The translations under genes were made by a program, and so were the position numbers. Shown here piece after piece: positions 63,994 through 64,000 of a DNA stretch of 64,000 nucleotides (position 1 is the first letter of the stretch; each line of letters starts with the position of its first letter). The notes under the pieces are model-generated. The model was not told the origin of the DNA and made no database searches. It worked only from the letters and a program-made list of their open reading frames with translations. Source of the DNA: a virus. The stretch lies in the IMG/VR virus record IMGVR_UViG_3300045988_117355, one strand, 5' to 3'.

Positions 63994-64000
63994 AAAAAGA

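Noticed and set aside
1-64000. CRISPR arrays, rRNA genes, integrase/attachment sites
   Set aside because: No regularly spaced direct repeats with unique spacers were found. There are no rRNA-like conserved stretches and no tyrosine or serine recombinase signatures.

Overview
This 64 kb window is AT-rich (about 30% GC) and densely coding, mostly on the plus strand. It looks like part of a large tailed bacteriophage genome of the jumbo or T4-like class. Evidence for a bacterial host: a tRNA-Tyr with a long variable arm, a GH108 lysozyme with a peptidoglycan-binding domain, an E. coli-type PncB, RNase HI and a T4 gp1-like dNMP kinase. I found no rRNA and no CRISPR array.

Main content:
- Replication and nucleotide genes at the 3' end: family A DNA polymerase, SF2 helicase, dNMP kinase, two metallophosphatases and RNase HI.
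- A lysis and structural block at 5-9.5 kb, with the GH108 lysozyme.
- Five tRNA islands (18.9-20.1, 22.6-22.9, 27.5-28.5, 30.2-34.2 kb) holding about 28 recognisable tRNAs, several anomalous tRNAs and rearranged tRNA-like elements. A conserved ACTTACAAWAT motif lies upstream of many of them.
- A LAGLIDADG homing endonuclease gene beside a tRNA island.
- A flotillin-like SPFH protein paired with an NfeD-like protein.
- An ADP-ribosylglycohydrolase followed by a tandem array of seven paralogous small proteins, with RNase HI inserted in the array.
- The most interesting feature: an apparently complete deamidated (Preiss-Handler) NAD+ salvage set, PncA, PncB, NadD-like adenylyltransferase and NadE. 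A Nudix hydrolase, a YpsA-like SLOG protein, a radical-SAM protein and an AAA+ ATPase sit in the same 45-58 kb cluster. I interpret this as a candidate NAD+ reconstitution and ADP-ribose handling counter-defence module.

Two genes are interrupted at homopolymer tracts (G9 at 7482-7490, A7 at 20981-20987). Both have intact paralogs nearby.

All calls rest on reading the sequence and the supplied ORF track, plus remembered family signatures. No searches were run.
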